The notes under the pieces are model-generated. The model was given only the letters and a program-made list of their open reading frames with translations. It had not been told where the DNA came from and searched no databases. The translations under genes were made by a program, and so were the position numbers. DNA of 64,000 bases, taken from NCBI GenBank assembly GCA_050230475.1, contig JBFLGF010000107.1, positions 1-64,000 on the forward strand, in the 5' to 3' direction. Within the stretch, counting starts at the first letter, position 1, and each line of letters starts with the position of its first letter. The DNA comes from Ancylonema sp. (lineage: Eukaryota). Shown in pieces: positions 61,436-64,000 of this stretch.

Positions 61436-64000
61436 ACCATACCTCATGCTTCGTGTCGTTGATGTGGCAATATCGCCATCCAATTCTTTTTTACGACAAG
61501 TTTTGAACGACCAAATAAACAGCCGGCACTCGATTTGACGATTGCCTGTTGATAAGGATTCCCTAATATTTATTACCTGGGTTTTCGCCCCACTCGAAGA
61601 TAAGTAGTCAATCAGTGGCAACCTAAATATGGCGGGTCCGGTATATTTATCACTATACAGTAAACCCTTGATATAAAGACACTCGATACAAATGACAATC
61701 ACGATACAGTGACATTTTTTTTGCCCTTTTTCCTATCCTATGTAAAAACCCACATGATAGAGTGACAATCACTATAGTGACACACGTTTTAGTGACCAAA
61801 AATTCGCATATGTTACTATTGAGATGGCACTATACAATGAAACTTGTCTAAATTAACGCTGTCCAAATTAATACCCCCTCAAATCTAATAGATACTCTTC
61901 CGCTCAATTTCGGGTTTACAACCAAAATCTGACGTGTAAATTTATGACTTCTCTAAATTAATAGTATTTGCCGGTCTTGACATTATTTCTTTAGAATAAG
62001 AGAGATGCGCTTTATTAAAGCACGATGGGAGCCCCATCTAAGCAAAAGACAGCCGTTATTTCACCACCCTAGCAGAACGGAAGAAGGAAAGCAAACCCAA
62101 CCCTAAAACAACCGAGCAACAATCCTTAACTCTGTTGACGACAATGACACCCGCAGAGGGGGGATGGGTAACAGAGCCATACCCTCCTCCAATCGCAATG
62201 TCCTAGCATGGATTGCATGTGCTAGAGAACGTTGTAACGCAACAGAAACTCTGTGCCGTAACTAAGTAACTAGTAAACTAACATTTTACCCCGATCGCCC
62301 ATTCATCTGCGCCGCACAGTGAGCACAATCAACCAACTTGGTCCCCGCCACGCGATCACAATAATGTGTTTCTTTATAATGGAATTTTTGTAGCGAGTAG
62401 AAATTATATTAAACGCCGGTTGGATAACCTACCACCTCAAATAACATCCGTTGCGCACCCGATCTGATAGCTCAAAAGTACATAAATGTCACTATCCTTC
62501 GATACAAAGTGCTCCCTCGATATAAGCACCATCTTTATGAAGACAACCTCGATATAAGGGCAGATTTTTCGAACTTTCTTAAAATCAATACAAAATCTCT
62601 CTCGATATAAGCATAACGACACTTTGTATATATATATATATAAAAAACAGAAATTTGTTAGTGAATGTCCTTATATTGTGTATAGAACGTTGTTTTTCGT
62701 ATATAACGATGTATGGAAATCGAGAAAAATATCGAATCCAAAAATAAAATACAAAATAAGACAAAATAACGTCGACGCAAGTGATGTAAGTTATGGGTGC
62801 AAACTAATATTCAAGGTTTTTATGCAACTCAGGGTCGAATCATGTCGATATAAGTATGTGTGTCCGTTTGTTATACCATATTGAAAGTTGCTGGTGACCA
62901 TCTTTTGATCCATTTTAAATAATGGGAATGTACACAAGGATTTGGACAAATCTGGTTTGTTGGAATGTATACGAGTAGCGTATTTCGTTTGCGGTTCACA
63001 ATTTGGAACTTATGTAATTCTCTTTACGGGAAGTATTGGTTTGTCTTGCCTTTCAACAATTGACCATATTGTTTAGCAGTGCTTACTCCATGTCCAACAA
63101 AACATGTGATGGCTTTGTTGCTTAGAACGACCTTAATACTCCCCAACTCTCCACGTAAAGTTGGATAATTATATTTTCCTAGTCGCAATGTATTGGTCTC
63201 ATTATGCACTTGTATAGCTTGCATCACAACACCCACGCTGAATTGGATGATGATGCCAAGGCAACTTACTCTAGGCAACATGTGAACACCATACCGTAGC
63301 GGCGAGAGATAATGCGCCAGAAAATAATTACCATAGTGCCTGGCGCACACGTTTTTGGCGTATACTATATTAACTAGTTTGACAACGCTGGATCACCGTT
63401 TTGGCGCAAATAAATAATTAAACTTGACGAAATTGTGGCGCAATAATATAAATAGTTGAAATTTTAAGTCCACATCGATGACATAATTTCAAGATGTACT
63501 ATGGCGAGAGGTGCTTGTAATCATGATCTGTTCCACGCCACGGGCTCTGAGTTGCACAACTTCGGGCTCGTGTACGAAAAGCGGTCTTGGGCCCATTTTT
63601 GGAGGCCGCTAGAATTGAGGAGCCCAAACCCACGGGTTGAGGGCTCCCTCAAGCACTGTATGTGACTCATCAACGAAGTTTGCCGTAGCTACTACTCGCC
63701 AAAAGGTGAGATGCACTCAACGCAAAGTATTGGGTAGTCTAGTAATCGGGTAGTCTAGGAATTGCTAATCATAGCACTTCACAATACACGAGAGCTACTG
63801 GTGATGGGATTCATGGCAAATAGCTATCGAATTTCCACAAGGGTTGCAAAATGATTGGTGATTGGTTGGTTCAAAACACGCAAACAATAATTGTCACGAT
63901 CATCAAGCGTTGCGGTGAATGAACAATTCACGGATTAAGTAACGGGTGTAGACAATTCACAGGGTGAATTGTCTGGCGGAGCTTGTTACGATTTTAAACG

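Noticed and set aside
63024..63350. 108-aa ORF
   Set aside because: No motif support; unclassified intergenic or decayed repeat.

Overview
Eukaryotic, intron-rich nuclear DNA of green-plant type; the gene content and retroelement types best fit a streptophyte (charophyte) alga or an early land plant, which is an inference. Five spliced host genes reconstruct with GT-AG introns and continuous frames: an ACC-synthase-like PLP enzyme (-, 9541-14401), a UBA2/hnRNP-like two-RRM protein (-, 26232-29460), a TMEM97/EXPERA protein (-, 35539-38335), an SRF/STRUBBELIG-like LRR receptor kinase (+, 53792-57752) and ribosomal protein eL30 (+, 57958-60142). The rest is mostly mobile DNA: decayed Ty3/gypsy units with ~200-bp LTR-like repeats, a structured leader and a PHD-finger integrase; two copia scraps; many non-autonomous hAT-type elements, several nested; a foldback MITE; and long (AAT)n and (TA)n tracts. 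Main finding: two divergent LTR retroelements (21.5-22.3 kb and 47.8-48.8 kb) carry a DNMT3-like cytosine-methyltransferase fold. The same three catalytic positions are replaced by the same residues in both (motif IV C>T, motif VI E>Y, motif VIII R>T). In both, the domain is followed by a low-complexity tail and a polypurine tract with no RT or integrase. This points to a conserved retrotransposon-borne pseudo-methyltransferase, one copy of which shares LTR and leader sequences with the PHD-integrase family. All alignments were done by eye.
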